A stretch of DNA of 63,967 bases, the filler included, from an uncultured Rhodopirellula sp. (GTDB lineage: Bacteria > Planctomycetota > Planctomycetia > Pirellulales > Pirellulaceae): assembly GCA_964007735.1 (NCBI GenBank). It is 4 parts of 4 records of this genome, joined end to end, with 100 filler letters (N's around TTAATTAATTAA, not from the genome) between each part and the next. Parts side by side here need not be neighbours in the genome. Positions count along the whole stretch, not along the records: positions 17,960 to 35,725 come from CAXGAI010000070.1; 3 more parts are not named here. The stretch is one strand, 5' to 3'. The translations under genes were made by a program, and so were the position numbers. Below the pieces are notes generated by a model. It had not been told where the DNA came from. It worked only from the letters and a program-made list of their open reading frames with translations, and did no database searches. The number at the start of each line of letters is the position of its first letter. The first letter of the stretch is position 1. This document shows, piece after piece, positions 20,197 through 30,917 of this stretch.

Positions 20197-21570
20197 ATGA
20201 CAAAAACGAAAGACGAAATCGAAATTACGCCTAAGGGAAGCTACGCTTTTGTAAGTTTGGGCTGTCCGAAGAACACGGTCGATAGTGAAAGAATGCTTGG
20301 CTTATTGCAGCTCGACGGATATGAATTGGTTGGTGATCCTAACGACGCCGACTTCGTCGTTGTTAATACCTGTGGGTTTATTGAAGAGGCACGCAAAGAA
20401 TCCTACGGTGCCATTGACGAAATGATCGAGCTTAAGAATCGCGGAATTATCAAGGGAGTGGTTGTCTCCGGCTGTCTGGCAGAACGTCAAAAAGAAGAAT
20501 TACTTGACGAACGTCCAGAAATCGACTCGCTGGTTGGTGTTTTCGGCCGCGAAGAAGTTACTAAAATCGCCGATCGATTGATCGGCGATTTAGAAGAGCA
20601 GCGTACGATTTTTAAACCTGCGCCAGTAAGGGCTCTTCCCGACACAGATCGACTTCGTATCACCCCGCCCCATTTTGCTTATCTTAAGATATCTGAAGGG
20701 TGTGATCGTCTTTGTACTTTTTGCGATATTCCAAGAATGCGAGGAAAACACGCTACCAAGCCGATCGAACAGGTAATCCTCGAGGCAAATCAACTTTCAA
20801 ACGATGGCGTACGCGAACTTAACATTGTTGCTCAGGATACGACTTATTACGGTATGGATCTCTACGGGGAACCTCGGCTTAGACAGCTGATCACCGAAAT
20901 AGATTCGCTTGTTGGAATCGATTGGGTTCGATTACTATACTTCTACCCAATGTATATCACAGACGAATTAATCGAGACTATCGCGGCTGCGCGTAAAGTC
21001 ATTCCTTATATTGACATGCCGTTACAACACATCAATGACTATATGCTTAAACGAATGTCCAGACGCGTTAATCGCACACAAATAGAAGACATTATCAAGC
21101 GTCTTCGAGATGGGATACCCAATCTCGCTTTACGTACGACCTTCATTACCGGCTTCCCCGGCGAGACGGACGAACAGTTCGAAGAATTGTTAAGCTTCGT
21201 AGAGGAGGCAAAATTCGAGCGAGTGGGCGTTTTCACCTATAGTTACGAAGAGCATACACCTTCCTCAAATTTCGTAGACCACGTCCCGCACGAAATCAAG
21301 CTCGACCGGCAGCAACGACTCATGCAGGCCCAACAAACAATTGTTTTTGAAAGGAACAATTCACTGATTGGCAAAGTGCTTCCGGCGATTATTGACAGGC
21401 CTCATCCACAGGAACCAAACGTATGGGTTGGTCGAACGCAAGCTGATGCGCCTGATATCGATTGCCTGCTTTTCGTCACGTCCCCCGAACAGGTCTTGCG
21501 AAATGGCCAAATCTTGAATGTCCAAATTGCAGCGTCGGCGGGCTACGATCTATCCGGAATACCTATATAA
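20197..21570 (+). CDS. rimO: Ribosomal protein S12 methylthiotransferase
   Basis: SLGCPKNTVDSE, VNTCGFI, radical SAM motif YLKISEGCDRLCTFC, TRAM domain with DAPDID. Confidence 0.96.
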   Translation: MTKTKDEIEITPKGSYAFVSLGCPKNTVDSERMLGLLQLDGYELVGDPNDADFVVVNTCGFIEEARKESYGAIDEMIELKNRGIIKGVVVSGCLAERQKEELLDERPEIDSLVGVFGREEVTKIADRLIGDLEEQRTIFKPAPVRALPDTDRLRITPPHFAYLKISEGCDRLCTFCDIPRMRGKHATKPIEQVILEANQLSNDGVRELNIVAQDTTYYGMDLYGEPRLRQLITEIDSLVGIDWVRLLYFYPMYITDELIETIAAARKVIPYIDMPLQHINDYMLKRMSRRVNRTQIEDIIKRLRDGIPNLALRTTFITGFPGETDEQFEELLSFVEEAKFERVGVFTYSYEEHTPSSNFVDHVPHEIKLDRQQRLMQAQQTIVFERNNSLIGKVLPAIIDRPHPQEPNVWVGRTQADAPDIDCLLFVTSPEQVLRNGQILNVQIAASAGYDLSGIPI

Positions 21571-21648
21571 CTCGCCTTCAAGCACACGATTTCTCTGAAA
21601 ATGTGTAAACTGGACACTATCTCCTATAGGCGAAGTAAGGAATTTATT

Positions 21649-22296
21649 ATGGCGGCATCAAAGGCTAATAGCGTTATCAACCCTCCTAACCTTATCACTT
21701 CGGCACGTTTCGTGCTGTCTTTGATCATTTTTGCGTTATTGCCGATGGGTGAGTATTTCACTTCTCTAATCCTCTTTGTCGTCGCTGCCGGCACCGACTG
21801 GGTGGATGGTTATTTGGCTAGAAAAAACAATCAGGTAACCCAACTCGGACGCATCCTCGATCCGTTTTGCGACAAAATCATCATTTGTGGAATGTTTATT
21901 CTGATTGCCGTGGAAATGGCTGAGCTGCAGGCGCTAGAGCAAATCGAGACCGGATCATATTACATTATCCATGGTTGGATGGCGGTAATCGTTGTGGGAC
22001 GAGAAATCCTTGTCACGGCGTTACGAGGATTTATCGAACAACACGGTGGTGATTTTTCCGCAAACATGCCCGGGAAGCTCAAGATGGTCTTTCAGTGCGG
22101 GGCCGTTGTTGGAACCTTGATTATCATTGACTCTGCCACGAAGGGGGGAGAGATCAGTTTCGCGTTGGAGTATGCAACGGCGGCGTTTGTATGGCTTGCT
22201 ATTCTGAGTACCATCTACTCAGGTGCGATCTACGTCAAGGGATCCATTGATTTAATTCCCCAACTTACAAAAGAGTCCGTTTCTAACGACGACTAG
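21649..22296 (+). CDS. pgsA: CDP-diacylglycerol--glycerol-3-phosphate 3-phosphatidyltransferase
   Basis: NPPNLITSAR and the CDP-alcohol motif TDWVDGYLARK...LGRILDPFCDK; GKLKM; follows rimO. Confidence 0.93.
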   Translation: MAASKANSVINPPNLITSARFVLSLIIFALLPMGEYFTSLILFVVAAGTDWVDGYLARKNNQVTQLGRILDPFCDKIIICGMFILIAVEMAELQALEQIETGSYYIIHGWMAVIVVGREILVTALRGFIEQHGGDFSANMPGKLKMVFQCGAVVGTLIIIDSATKGGEISFALEYATAAFVWLAILSTIYSGAIYVKGSIDLIPQLTKESVSNDD

Positions 22297-22304
22297 ACCC
22301 TGCT

Positions 22305-23225
22305 ATGGCCCTTAATCAACTTGCCTGTACCGCCATTTTCATGCTAGGTGTAGTCCTGGTTTTCGTGGTTATCCCTTGGAAAACCGCTTATCGTCGCAGG
22401 ATCAAACTGGGGCTACCCTTACTTGATCAATGGTCCGTCTCTTCTAGCAGACTAGATCTTTTTGATATGGTCTTTACTCTGGTAATCTATTTTGGTGTGC
22501 AAGTCGTCGGTATAAGCGTAGTGGTGGAAAACCCTGATCCAAATGATGTGCCCAACCAATTTCTCCAGCTATCTCCGCTAAATTCAGCGGCAGGCCTCTG
22601 CACTTTGCTCACCCTCTTTTTCGTCGCTCCGGCAATTTATTTTAGGCGAGGTGACCTCCGTTCAATGCGTATAAGATTCGACCGACTGCCTGAGTTAATC
22701 CGAATCGGTCTTTATGCTTCCTTACTGTTAATACCCGTCACGATGCTTATTAATGCCTTAATATCAATTTTTGTGACACCCTATAGTCACCCCGTTATAG
22801 AAACACTCTTGGCGGAGGGTTCTGTAACCACGTTGATTTACACTGTGATTGCGGTCGTTATTGCGGCTCCTCTCGTAGAGGAATTCGTATTCCGTGGCAT
22901 CATCCTTACTTATTTACACCGAGTTTTCAGTGGTAATTGGACGACCGAAACGGCCATCCTTTGCCGTACTACCGCGATGCCATCCCGTCGCGATATCCCA
23001 CCAGATTTATTCCAGATACATGGTGCTAATTTATTGACCAGCCTTCTTTTCTCGGCCTTACACATTGGCCAGGGCGCGGCGTATATCCCACTCTTCATTT
23101 TGTCATTTGGAATTGGTTACGTCGGCAATAAGACCGGTAGCATTATTCCGTGCGTGATCATCCACATGATACTTAACGGCATCAGTACGATCCCATTGAT
23201 TTACGTTATTATTTATCAATCTTAA
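22305..23225 (+). CDS. CPBP (CAAX/Abi) family intramembrane metalloprotease
   Basis: APLVEEFVFRG, LFSALH, IIHMILN. Confidence 0.9.
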   Translation: MALNQLACTAIFMLGVVLVFVVIPWKTAYRRRIKLGLPLLDQWSVSSSRLDLFDMVFTLVIYFGVQVVGISVVVENPDPNDVPNQFLQLSPLNSAAGLCTLLTLFFVAPAIYFRRGDLRSMRIRFDRLPELIRIGLYASLLLIPVTMLINALISIFVTPYSHPVIETLLAEGSVTTLIYTVIAVVIAAPLVEEFVFRGIILTYLHRVFSGNWTTETAILCRTTAMPSRRDIPPDLFQIHGANLLTSLLFSALHIGQGAAYIPLFILSFGIGYVGNKTGSIIPCVIIHMILNGISTIPLIYVIIYQS

Positions 23226-23255
23226 TCTTTACTTCGTAATGAACAGGACTTAACA

Positions 23256-24356
23256 ATGGCAATAGGATTTGGAATCGTAGGTTGTGGCATGATTGCAAAT
23301 TTTCATGCGCGTGCTATCGCAGATATCCGAGGCGCAAAACTCGTAGGCGCACAGAGCCGCAGGCTCGAGTCCGCTACAGCGTTTACGGACGAACACGGGG
23401 GTACCGCTTACGACTCCCTTGACGAAATGCTCTCTAATCCGGCCATCGATGTGATCACGATTTGTACGCCAAGTGGCGCACATATGGAACCTGCTGTTGC
23501 GGCCGCCAACGCCGGAAAACACGTCATTGTCGAGAAGCCACTTGAAATAACGTTAAAGAGATGTGATGCAATCATTAATGCCTGTAAAAAACACCGCGTC
23601 AAACTCTTCACTATCTTCCCGTCGAGATTCCATCAATCTTCACAATTACTTAAGAAGGCTGTCGACAGCGGTAAGTTCGGGCGTCTGACCGTAGGCGACG
23701 CTTATGTGAAATGGTATCGGACCCAAGAATACTACGACAGCGGGGCTTGGCGCGGAACATGGAAACTAGATGGGGGGGGCGCTTTGATGAACCAAGCCAT
23801 TCATAATGTTGACCTCTTAAGTTGGCTAATGGGTCCCGTGGTTGAGATAACTGCTCAAGCCGACATGCTAGCCCACAAGAGAATCGAAGTGGAAGATGTC
23901 GTTGTTGCCACTCTCCGGTTTTCGAATGGAGCACTCGGGGTCGTTGAAGCCACCACGGCAGCTTATCCCGGGGCCTTAAAGAAAATTGAAATCCATGGCA
24001 CCCTCGGTTCAGCTTCGATCGAGGAAGAAGATATTGTTTCGTGGGAATTTGCTAACATGACTCGACGTGACGCCGCGTTGATTGAAAAAATGGCTGGAAC
24101 GACATCGACCGGCGGTGGCGCTGCCGATCCAGCAGCGATCGGACACCAAGCTCATGCGTCACTTTTCCGCGACGCCATTAAAACCATCGGCGGGAAAGCG
24201 TCCAATTCCATTGACGGCAAAGAAGGCCGTCGTAGCGTAGAGATCATCTTAGGGATATACAAGGCCGCGTCTACCGGAAAATCCGTGCAACTCCCCCTCG
24301 CTCGGGATCCAGTCCTCTCGTATCGAAAGACCGGCGTTAAACGCAAAAAACGATAA
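23256..24356 (+). CDS. Gfo/Idh/MocA family oxidoreductase
   Basis: GIVGCGMIA, CTPSGAH, GKHVIVEKP, WRGTWKLDGGGALMNQAIH. Confidence 0.94.
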   Translation: MAIGFGIVGCGMIANFHARAIADIRGAKLVGAQSRRLESATAFTDEHGGTAYDSLDEMLSNPAIDVITICTPSGAHMEPAVAAANAGKHVIVEKPLEITLKRCDAIINACKKHRVKLFTIFPSRFHQSSQLLKKAVDSGKFGRLTVGDAYVKWYRTQEYYDSGAWRGTWKLDGGGALMNQAIHNVDLLSWLMGPVVEITAQADMLAHKRIEVEDVVVATLRFSNGALGVVEATTAAYPGALKKIEIHGTLGSASIEEEDIVSWEFANMTRRDAALIEKMAGTTSTGGGAADPAAIGHQAHASLFRDAIKTIGGKASNSIDGKEGRRSVEIILGIYKAASTGKSVQLPLARDPVLSYRKTGVKRKKR

Positions 24357-24445
24357 CAAATCGGGGTTGGTATTGGTTTAATCGTGCTCATTTGGCAAAC
24401 TGTCAGTTCATATAGTTTCAGCACCCATTTTTTCCTCGCGAACCA

Positions 24446-25354
24446 TTGAATTTATTCGGCTACATTCTCCTGCGAACAATTTTTTGCGTCATCCAGGCTC
24501 TGCCCCGGGATGTACTGGAACAGGTTAGTCGAGTGCTGGCATGGGTGATGACGTTCCTCATACCTATTCGCCGAAGGGTCTGCATGGAAAATCTGCGGTC
24601 CGTATTCCCGGAAGCCTCACACAGGCAACTAGACTCTATCATCAACCAAATGTGGCAAAGTCTCTTCCTCATGCTTTTTGAAGTCGCTCAGGCACCGCGA
24701 ACTATAAATCGTTACAACTGGCGTACGTATATTACAATACGGGACCAGCAGGTCTTGCTGACCGGTCTTCTATCAAAGCATCCTACGATGCTACTTTCTG
24801 GACATTATGGTAATTTCGAACTGGCAGGTTTTATTGCGGGACTTTTTGGATTCCCCAGCTTTACGATCGCGAGACCGCTCGACAACCCCTTAATGAACCA
24901 ATACATCAACGCTTTTCGTAGTCGCTACGGCCAATTTATTCTACCCAAGAAGGGTATTGCTACCACCGTCGACAGTTTGCTTCGACGGGGCGAGACGCTT
25001 ACAGTACTTGCCGATCAATCGGCGGGGAAAAAAGGGATTTGGATGGATTTCATGGGACGGCCCGCTTCATGCCATAAAGCGTTAGCATTGTATGCGCTGA
25101 CTACCGATGCGGAAGTCGTCGTTGTGGCTGCCCGTCACAACTGGAGGATGTTTGACTTAACTTTAGACTGCCGTGGTCATCTGCATACTGCCAAGTTAGG
25201 TTCTACAGAACGAACCATACCCCATGTCACCGCGTGGTATAATCGACAACTTGAGGAAGCCATCGAACTTTCGCCGGCCCAATACTGGTGGTTACACCGG
25301 CGCTGGAAGGATCCTCGAAAACAGAAGGCGGCTAAGCTCACAGATGACAGCTGA
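24446..25354 (+). CDS. Lipid A biosynthesis acyltransferase (LpxL/HtrB family)
   Basis: SGHYGNFE, RPLDNP, LADQ, PAQYWWLHRRWK. Confidence 0.9.
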   Translation: MNLFGYILLRTIFCVIQALPRDVLEQVSRVLAWVMTFLIPIRRRVCMENLRSVFPEASHRQLDSIINQMWQSLFLMLFEVAQAPRTINRYNWRTYITIRDQQVLLTGLLSKHPTMLLSGHYGNFELAGFIAGLFGFPSFTIARPLDNPLMNQYINAFRSRYGQFILPKKGIATTVDSLLRRGETLTVLADQSAGKKGIWMDFMGRPASCHKALALYALTTDAEVVVVAARHNWRMFDLTLDCRGHLHTAKLGSTERTIPHVTAWYNRQLEEAIELSPAQYWWLHRRWKDPRKQKAAKLTDDS

Positions 25355-25655
25355 ATGGAAATACGCTATTAGACTATCGGACATCCCGGAGAGTGGAATA
25401 GCCGAATGTGTCATCGATGGTCGCATCGTGGCACTATTTACTGTGGAGAATACCATTCAGGCTGTCGATGGAATTTGCCCTCATCAAGGTGGCTCACTCG
25501 CCAATGGGAGTCTACACGGTTGCGTCATCCGCTGTCCGTGGCACGGATGGGAATACGACATACATACGGGCCAACACCAGTCGATCCCATCAGTATGCAT
25601 TGAGACATTCGGAACACGAATCGTTAATGGGTGCGTGGAGGTGAAGCTTTCATGA
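25344..25655 (+). CDS. Rieske 2Fe-2S ferredoxin (NirD-like)
   Basis: CPHQGG and CPWHGW motifs; the ATG at 25344 overlaps the end of the upstream gene. Confidence 0.9.
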   Translation: MTAEWKYAIRLSDIPESGIAECVIDGRIVALFTVENTIQAVDGICPHQGGSLANGSLHGCVIRCPWHGWEYDIHTGQHQSIPSVCIETFGTRIVNGCVEVKLS

Positions 25656-26575
25656 TCCAAGTGCGTCCGTTTCTGAATCATGATCCACCCGCGATCGCAG
25701 GTGTCATTAATTCCTGTTGTAGTCTGGAAGCTGAAGTTTCCACTAATCTTCTCGAGTTTGCCGTCTTTGCCAAAACATATTTCCGACGAGACCGTCTTTT
25801 CGTTGCCACGATCGCCGGTGAATTACTTGGTTTTGTCCACCTAGGTTCTGCAACTGAAGAAAATTTGAGAACGGGGACTCTGACAATTTCAAATTTCTTA
25901 GTCACCCATTCGGATTTCGCGATTGCCAGGGCGCTTCTTGACTACACAGTTTCTCATGCAAAAGCAAAAGGCTATAAGCGAATAAGGATCGGGACTGCAC
26001 CCGACAAGGCAGAATACTACAACGGTATTTCCAGTCATTTTCTAAATGTTGGTGTACCCCAAACACACCCAATTCTTCCGGTGCTTGAAGGACTTGGTTT
26101 CGAAGCGGTGGACTCCTGGCATTGCCTTCAGTTCGATCTGCATATCACACAAATTCCATTTAGCCGGAAGCAAATGTCATTAAGAAGAACGCATAATCTC
26201 AACCAGATTTCCGATCCTGATTTCAAAGACATTTTATTAAATGCTGTTTATTCGCACTTGGCTACTAGCCAACTCCAGTTAACAAATCGCCAATCTGGAG
26301 AGGCTGAGTCAACGATAACGTTTGCCTGTTTGGCCCAAAGTTACCCCAATTGGCCCATCGGCGGGGTGGATGTAATAAGATATTCATCAAGTACTGATTC
26401 CGACACCACACACTACGAATTTTTGCTGTGTGAAATCTTGCGGCAACTACCACAATCCGGCCTCTCCCCACTACGTCTTCATGTGGATGCGAACGACGCC
26501 CAAAGTCTCGAAACTGCCAAAGCCATAGGTTTCGAACGTATAATTACATCGTCTCACGTTGAGTATATGATCTAG
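25652..26575 (+). CDS. Tandem GNAT-fold acetyltransferase-like protein
   Basis: IQVRPF.N.D, LFVA...GELLGFVH, ARALL, C-terminal LHVDAND...KAIGF; ATGA overlap with the Rieske gene. Confidence 0.65.
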   Translation: MIQVRPFLNHDPPAIAGVINSCCSLEAEVSTNLLEFAVFAKTYFRRDRLFVATIAGELLGFVHLGSATEENLRTGTLTISNFLVTHSDFAIARALLDYTVSHAKAKGYKRIRIGTAPDKAEYYNGISSHFLNVGVPQTHPILPVLEGLGFEAVDSWHCLQFDLHITQIPFSRKQMSLRRTHNLNQISDPDFKDILLNAVYSHLATSQLQLTNRQSGEAESTITFACLAQSYPNWPIGGVDVIRYSSSTDSDTTHYEFLLCEILRQLPQSGLSPLRLHVDANDAQSLETAKAIGFERIITSSHVEYMI

Positions 26576-27993
26576 CCGGCGTTACCCTGCCGAACGACTT
26601 GATACGTTTCAAAATGGGGATCCACTGCGAACCCAAAGCCATTATGGTTGACCGAATTCAATGAAATTTTCCCGTCACGGATTTTCAACGCAGGAACGCC
26701 ACCGACGCTCGAATATAAGTCCCCATGGCAAGCAATGATCTCGTCATAATGGGCTGCATCAAGATATCGTAATCCCTCATGATAATGATGACCGTTACGC
26801 TCAACGTGCGTAATGCCCATCGCAGAAACAAGTGCTAAATCTGATTGGAGAGCCACAACGCCTACACAACACAGGTCTTCACCCGTCATCACCAGACGCC
26901 GGTCATTATCTCCATTCTGGACATCTGCGATCAATTGCCTATTTACCAATGCCTTGGTGATACCTTTACATGCTTTAGAACTGGTACCGGAATATCCCAA
27001 GCAGATTGCCTTCCAACAATCATCTTTAGTCGCGTCGGATTCGTCTATAATCACTGGGACTTGCCGACTGAAATCCCTCAAGCCAATGGTCGCATCCTCT
27101 TCCAAAGCCCGAGACCTATTCAACGGTTGTTCAACCGCCAAAACACTGTCTCGAAGCAATTTGAGGTCTGGATGGCTGGAAACTTCATCCCAGAATTCAA
27201 CAAACTCTGGAATCGAAGCGTATTGTTCGTTTCCGTCAATCGTATATCGCACATTGCGATTCCCGGTCGTTGCCACCACACGATTTATATCCAAAAGTCT
27301 ATTAAGATCATCTAAACCGTGATTCCCAACTTTAACTTTCAAATAGCATATACCATTCTGTAGCAAGTGATCTTCTAGAGTCTCGGGCAGTCCATCGTGT
27401 AACCGTTGACCACAGTCGATATCTCCCTTTGTCAGTGGGTCACCCAAACCAACCGTGTGCCTCACTGAAATAGCGTCGGTAGACATGTCACGCTGCCAAG
27501 GTCGGACCGATGTCTTGATTCCCCAAGCGTCGAGCTCCGTCGTATAATCCTTATACAATTCCCCTGAAGAAAGTAGCTCCCTAAAGCTTCGACCGTAATG
27601 GCGACAGCCTGCATCTATGACACATCGTTCCACCATACTATGGCCAAAGCTATCAAGTAACTTAGTTTGTTCGGAAGGTGTCGTACTTTCCCATAACAAC
27701 TGCGCTGCAGTCCCTAGAGATGGGATTGTTGGCAGACCACCAAGAAACGCAGCTGACGCAGCAATCGCGTTTAGCATGTCCTCTATTTGCTCTGCAAACG
27801 TACGACAACCGGACTTATCAAACCACGAGGGAGGCAGGCAATCGGAAGCGTAGCCGATGGCAGCGCGGCCATCTATTTCGAACTTAATCTCGAGCAGGGC
27901 CTGCGGGCAATCTACGAGACATGCCTTGCCATAACGAAATGGGATCCTAGTCTTCGACGGACGAGTCCCTAACCGCCATGAAAGAACTCGCAT
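26572..27993 (-). CDS. Enolase/mandelate racemase superfamily protein
   Basis: YLKVKV (KxK), TIDGNEQY, VEQP, IIDES, SKACKG, ERNGHHY. Confidence 0.75.
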   Translation of the reverse strand: MRVLSWRLGTRPSKTRIPFRYGKACLVDCPQALLEIKFEIDGRAAIGYASDCLPPSWFDKSGCRTFAEQIEDMLNAIAASAAFLGGLPTIPSLGTAAQLLWESTTPSEQTKLLDSFGHSMVERCVIDAGCRHYGRSFRELLSSGELYKDYTTELDAWGIKTSVRPWQRDMSTDAISVRHTVGLGDPLTKGDIDCGQRLHDGLPETLEDHLLQNGICYLKVKVGNHGLDDLNRLLDINRVVATTGNRNVRYTIDGNEQYASIPEFVEFWDEVSSHPDLKLLRDSVLAVEQPLNRSRALEEDATIGLRDFSRQVPVIIDESDATKDDCWKAICLGYSGTSSKACKGITKALVNRQLIADVQNGDNDRRLVMTGEDLCCVGVVALQSDLALVSAMGITHVERNGHHYHEGLRYLDAAHYDEIIACHGDLYSSVGGVPALKIRDGKISLNSVNHNGFGFAVDPHFETYQVVRQGNAG

Positions 27994-27994
27994 A

Positions 27995-29137
27995 TTACTT
28001 GTGCTCTTTCGAAGCAATTACGGCGTCTAACTCGACTTTGAGCTGTTGCAGAATGATATCGTATCCGTAACGCCCAAGTTCAACCGGGCCTTTCTTGAGA
28101 TTGACGTATTTAGGGCCGCACCACAGTCCCAAATCGGCATCGTCCGTTTCACCTGGGCCGTTTACACGACAACCCATTACTGCAATTGTGACGGAATGCT
28201 GTTTTGCATATTCCGTCATAGCCTTAACGTCTTCGGCTAACTGGACAAACGCTTCATTTTCAACGCGGGAACAGCTTGGGCAGGAAATAATATTTAGCCC
28301 CTCGGTATTAAAATTAACGACACTCCGCACTCTGCCGTTTGAAATATCTTTAAGAATCTCTCGCCCCGCAGTGATCTCCTCTCCCTTGCGATCGTTCGGG
28401 ACCGTTAGCGAAACTCGAATCGTATCTCCTATTCCCCGACTGATCAATTGCTCAAATGCTACTCTAGTCTTAATAACTCCGTCCGGAGGAATACCGGCTT
28501 CGGTAACACCAAGATGCAGCGGCACGTCTGGCCTTTTTTCCGAAAATGCTCTGTTAACAGCAATCACTTTTAGCGGATCTGAATCCTTTAGAGAGACGCA
28601 ATAATTAAGAAATCCCACAGCATCCAGCAAATCGCAATGTTCCCAAGCGCTAGCTAACATTGGGCCGATTGAATCGTGCTCCCCGAATTTCTGCTTTTGA
28701 GCCGGGTCAACGCTACCACAATTCACGCCAACTCTAATCGCACACCCCTCGTCTCTAGCTACCTCCGCAAGAAAACAAACTTTTTCTTGCCAGGGCTTCT
28801 GTCGCTCATGGTGGTACAAATGCCCCGGATTATATCGGATTTTATCAACACTGCTCGCAACCACAGCCGCCAATCGGTAGTTTTCCTGTAAATCGACTGA
28901 CAGATTAACACTTGTTTGCCGGCGGATTTCGGCAAGAGCTTCCGCGTCTTTCTTACTGTCAACTGCAATACGTACCACATCCGCCCCAGCCGCTGTAAGC
29001 GCCTGTACTTGTTCAACGGTCGCATCAATATTTGATGTATGCGTGGCGGTCATGCTCTGAACCGCAATAGGATGGTTTTGTCCAATTGCGATGGAGCCAA
29101 TTTGCACGCTTCGTGTTGGGTTACGTTCTATCGTCAA
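27995..29137 (-). CDS. ispG: (E)-4-hydroxy-3-methylbut-2-enyl-diphosphate synthase
   Basis: [64 protein letters not shown]. Confidence 0.96.
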   Translation of the reverse strand: MTIERNPTRSVQIGSIAIGQNHPIAVQSMTATHTSNIDATVEQVQALTAAGADVVRIAVDSKKDAEALAEIRRQTSVNLSVDLQENYRLAAVVASSVDKIRYNPGHLYHHERQKPWQEKVCFLAEVARDEGCAIRVGVNCGSVDPAQKQKFGEHDSIGPMLASAWEHCDLLDAVGFLNYCVSLKDSDPLKVIAVNRAFSEKRPDVPLHLGVTEAGIPPDGVIKTRVAFEQLISRGIGDTIRVSLTVPNDRKGEEITAGREILKDISNGRVRSVVNFNTEGLNIISCPSCSRVENEAFVQLAEDVKAMTEYAKQHSVTIAVMGCRVNGPGETDDADLGLWCGPKYVNLKKGPVELGRYGYDIILQQLKVELDAVIASKEHK

Positions 29138-29253
29138 GCCATCTCTCCTGCTATTAACGCTATACTATTGTCAATCGCAACCAACATGTACGCAATATGA
29201 CTAATGCAATACTTTCCGATAACACGCTGGTGAAAAGCAAGTTAAGTAATTAA

Positions 29254-29724
29254 ATGACAAGCCCTAAGTTAAATATCGTTTTATACGCGCCTGAAATTCC
29301 CCCAAATACTGGAAATATTGGCCGAAGTTGCGTTGCGCTTGGTGCTAAACTTTGGTTAATCGAACCTTTGGGCTTTGATCTTGGCGAGAAAGCCATCCGT
29401 CGTTCGGGCATGGATTATTGGAAGTTTCTTGATCTGGAAGTAATACCCAGTTGGAACGTACTTGTCGAACGCATCCCGCAATTAAATCCATGGCTGTTTA
29501 CGAAACATGGTGACAAGTCTCATACAGACGTTGTATACCGGGAACACGATACGCTCGTCTTTGGTAGCGAGAGTTCTGGCTTACCCGAGTTTGTACATCA
29601 ATCCTACCCAGACCGCCATTTACGAATTCCTATGAACCCCGAAGTTCGTTCAATCAATCTTGCAACAGCGGCGGGAATCGCGATGTACGAATTCAATCGC
29701 CAAGTACCCCTGGTCACCATTTAG
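29254..29724 (+). CDS. trmL: tRNA (cytidine(34)-2'-O)-methyltransferase
   Basis: PEIPPNTGNIGR, RRSGMDYW, FGSESSGL, RIPM...RSINLA. Confidence 0.94.
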   Translation: MTSPKLNIVLYAPEIPPNTGNIGRSCVALGAKLWLIEPLGFDLGEKAIRRSGMDYWKFLDLEVIPSWNVLVERIPQLNPWLFTKHGDKSHTDVVYREHDTLVFGSESSGLPEFVHQSYPDRHLRIPMNPEVRSINLATAAGIAMYEFNRQVPLVTI

Positions 29725-29783
29725 TACAATAATCTATTCCGCCTTCATCTTTATTCGAATTCTTTATTTCAGAAAGCTCCACT

Positions 29784-30842
29784 GTGCCCAACATCTCCTT
29801 CGACACCTTAACTGAGTTTGCCATATCCCTCCTCTCCGCCGGCGGCGCGACTAAAGAAGAAGCTGCCATCGTAGGCCCAAGTCTGGCGACCGCGAACCTC
29901 CGTGGCTACAGTTCTCATGGCGTCATGCGAATTCCATTCTATTTGGACATGCTAAAAAATGGTGAAATTAGGTCGGGTGTCAAGTTAGATGTAATTTCGG
30001 AGACGGAATCTTCCATAGCAACCGACGCCAACTGGGGTTTCGGACGTTTGCAAGCGGGTCGGTTACTAAATCAACTCGTTACCAAGGCCCAGGCTCATGG
30101 CGTTGCCGTAGGCACCATACGCAATTGTGCTCACGCTGGTCGCCTTGGCGAATACTGTGAAATAGCGGCAAATGAACACGGCCTCGTTTCTATGGCGATG
30201 GTAAATACGCATGGCGCTGCTCGACGCGTCGCCCCCCCCGGCGGAATCCGCCCGCGACTAGGAACCAACCCGCTGGCAATGGGTGTTCCCAACGACGATG
30301 CCCCTGTAATCTTAGATTTCAGTACCAGTGCTACAGCAGAAGGAAAGGTTCGCGTCAAAAATATCGCCGGGGAAGAAGTTCCAGATGGTTGGCTTATAGA
30401 CAAAGACGGGCTACCGACGAACGATCCCTCAACGCTTTACGGAGATCCTCCCGGTACAATCCTCCCTATGGGTGGAGCTCAGGCGTACAAAGGATTCGGT
30501 TTGGCGCTGATGATCGATATTTTTACCGGTGCCCTGAGCGGAGGACTGTGTGCTAGAGAAACACCAATTACCCCAAAGGGAAATTGTGTCTTCTTTATGC
30601 TGATTGACCCTAACCACCTCGGGGGTGGGGATGCCTTTGCTCAAGAAGTTACCAATCTACTCGCGTTCGTTCGTGGTTGTCCCACTCGCGAAGGAGTCGA
30701 CGAGATCATTTTGCCCGGCGATCCCGAAAAACTCAATACAGCCTCCATGCTTGCAGGAGGCGTGAAATTTGACCAAGGCAACTGGGATAAATTATTGGCG
30801 CTAGGGGACACACTAGGCGTATCCCCCCCGCCTTGTCTCTAA
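29784..30842 (+). CDS. Ldh_2 family (malate/L-lactate-type) oxidoreductase
   Basis: SHGVMR, HAGRLG, LGTNP, LDFSTS, YKGFGL, ILPGDPE. Confidence 0.92.
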   Translation: MPNISFDTLTEFAISLLSAGGATKEEAAIVGPSLATANLRGYSSHGVMRIPFYLDMLKNGEIRSGVKLDVISETESSIATDANWGFGRLQAGRLLNQLVTKAQAHGVAVGTIRNCAHAGRLGEYCEIAANEHGLVSMAMVNTHGAARRVAPPGGIRPRLGTNPLAMGVPNDDAPVILDFSTSATAEGKVRVKNIAGEEVPDGWLIDKDGLPTNDPSTLYGDPPGTILPMGGAQAYKGFGLALMIDIFTGALSGGLCARETPITPKGNCVFFMLIDPNHLGGGDAFAQEVTNLLAFVRGCPTREGVDEIILPGDPEKLNTASMLAGGVKFDQGNWDKLLALGDTLGVSPPPCL

Positions 30843-30917
30843 ATTTCGCTTGCTTTCGGCAGGTCATTGATAAGAATGCGTAAACCGTCAGTTTTTCATT
30901 CATTTAAAGAGCCTGCC

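Noticed and set aside
22305..23225. Abi/CAAX protein as a phage-defence gene
   Set aside because: CPBP proteases are widespread housekeeping membrane proteases; it sits in the rimO-pgsA run with no defence context.
23256..24356. Gfo/Idh/MocA oxidoreductase as partner of the DUF1080/ThuA cluster
   Set aside because: It is on a different contig, so no linkage can be inferred.
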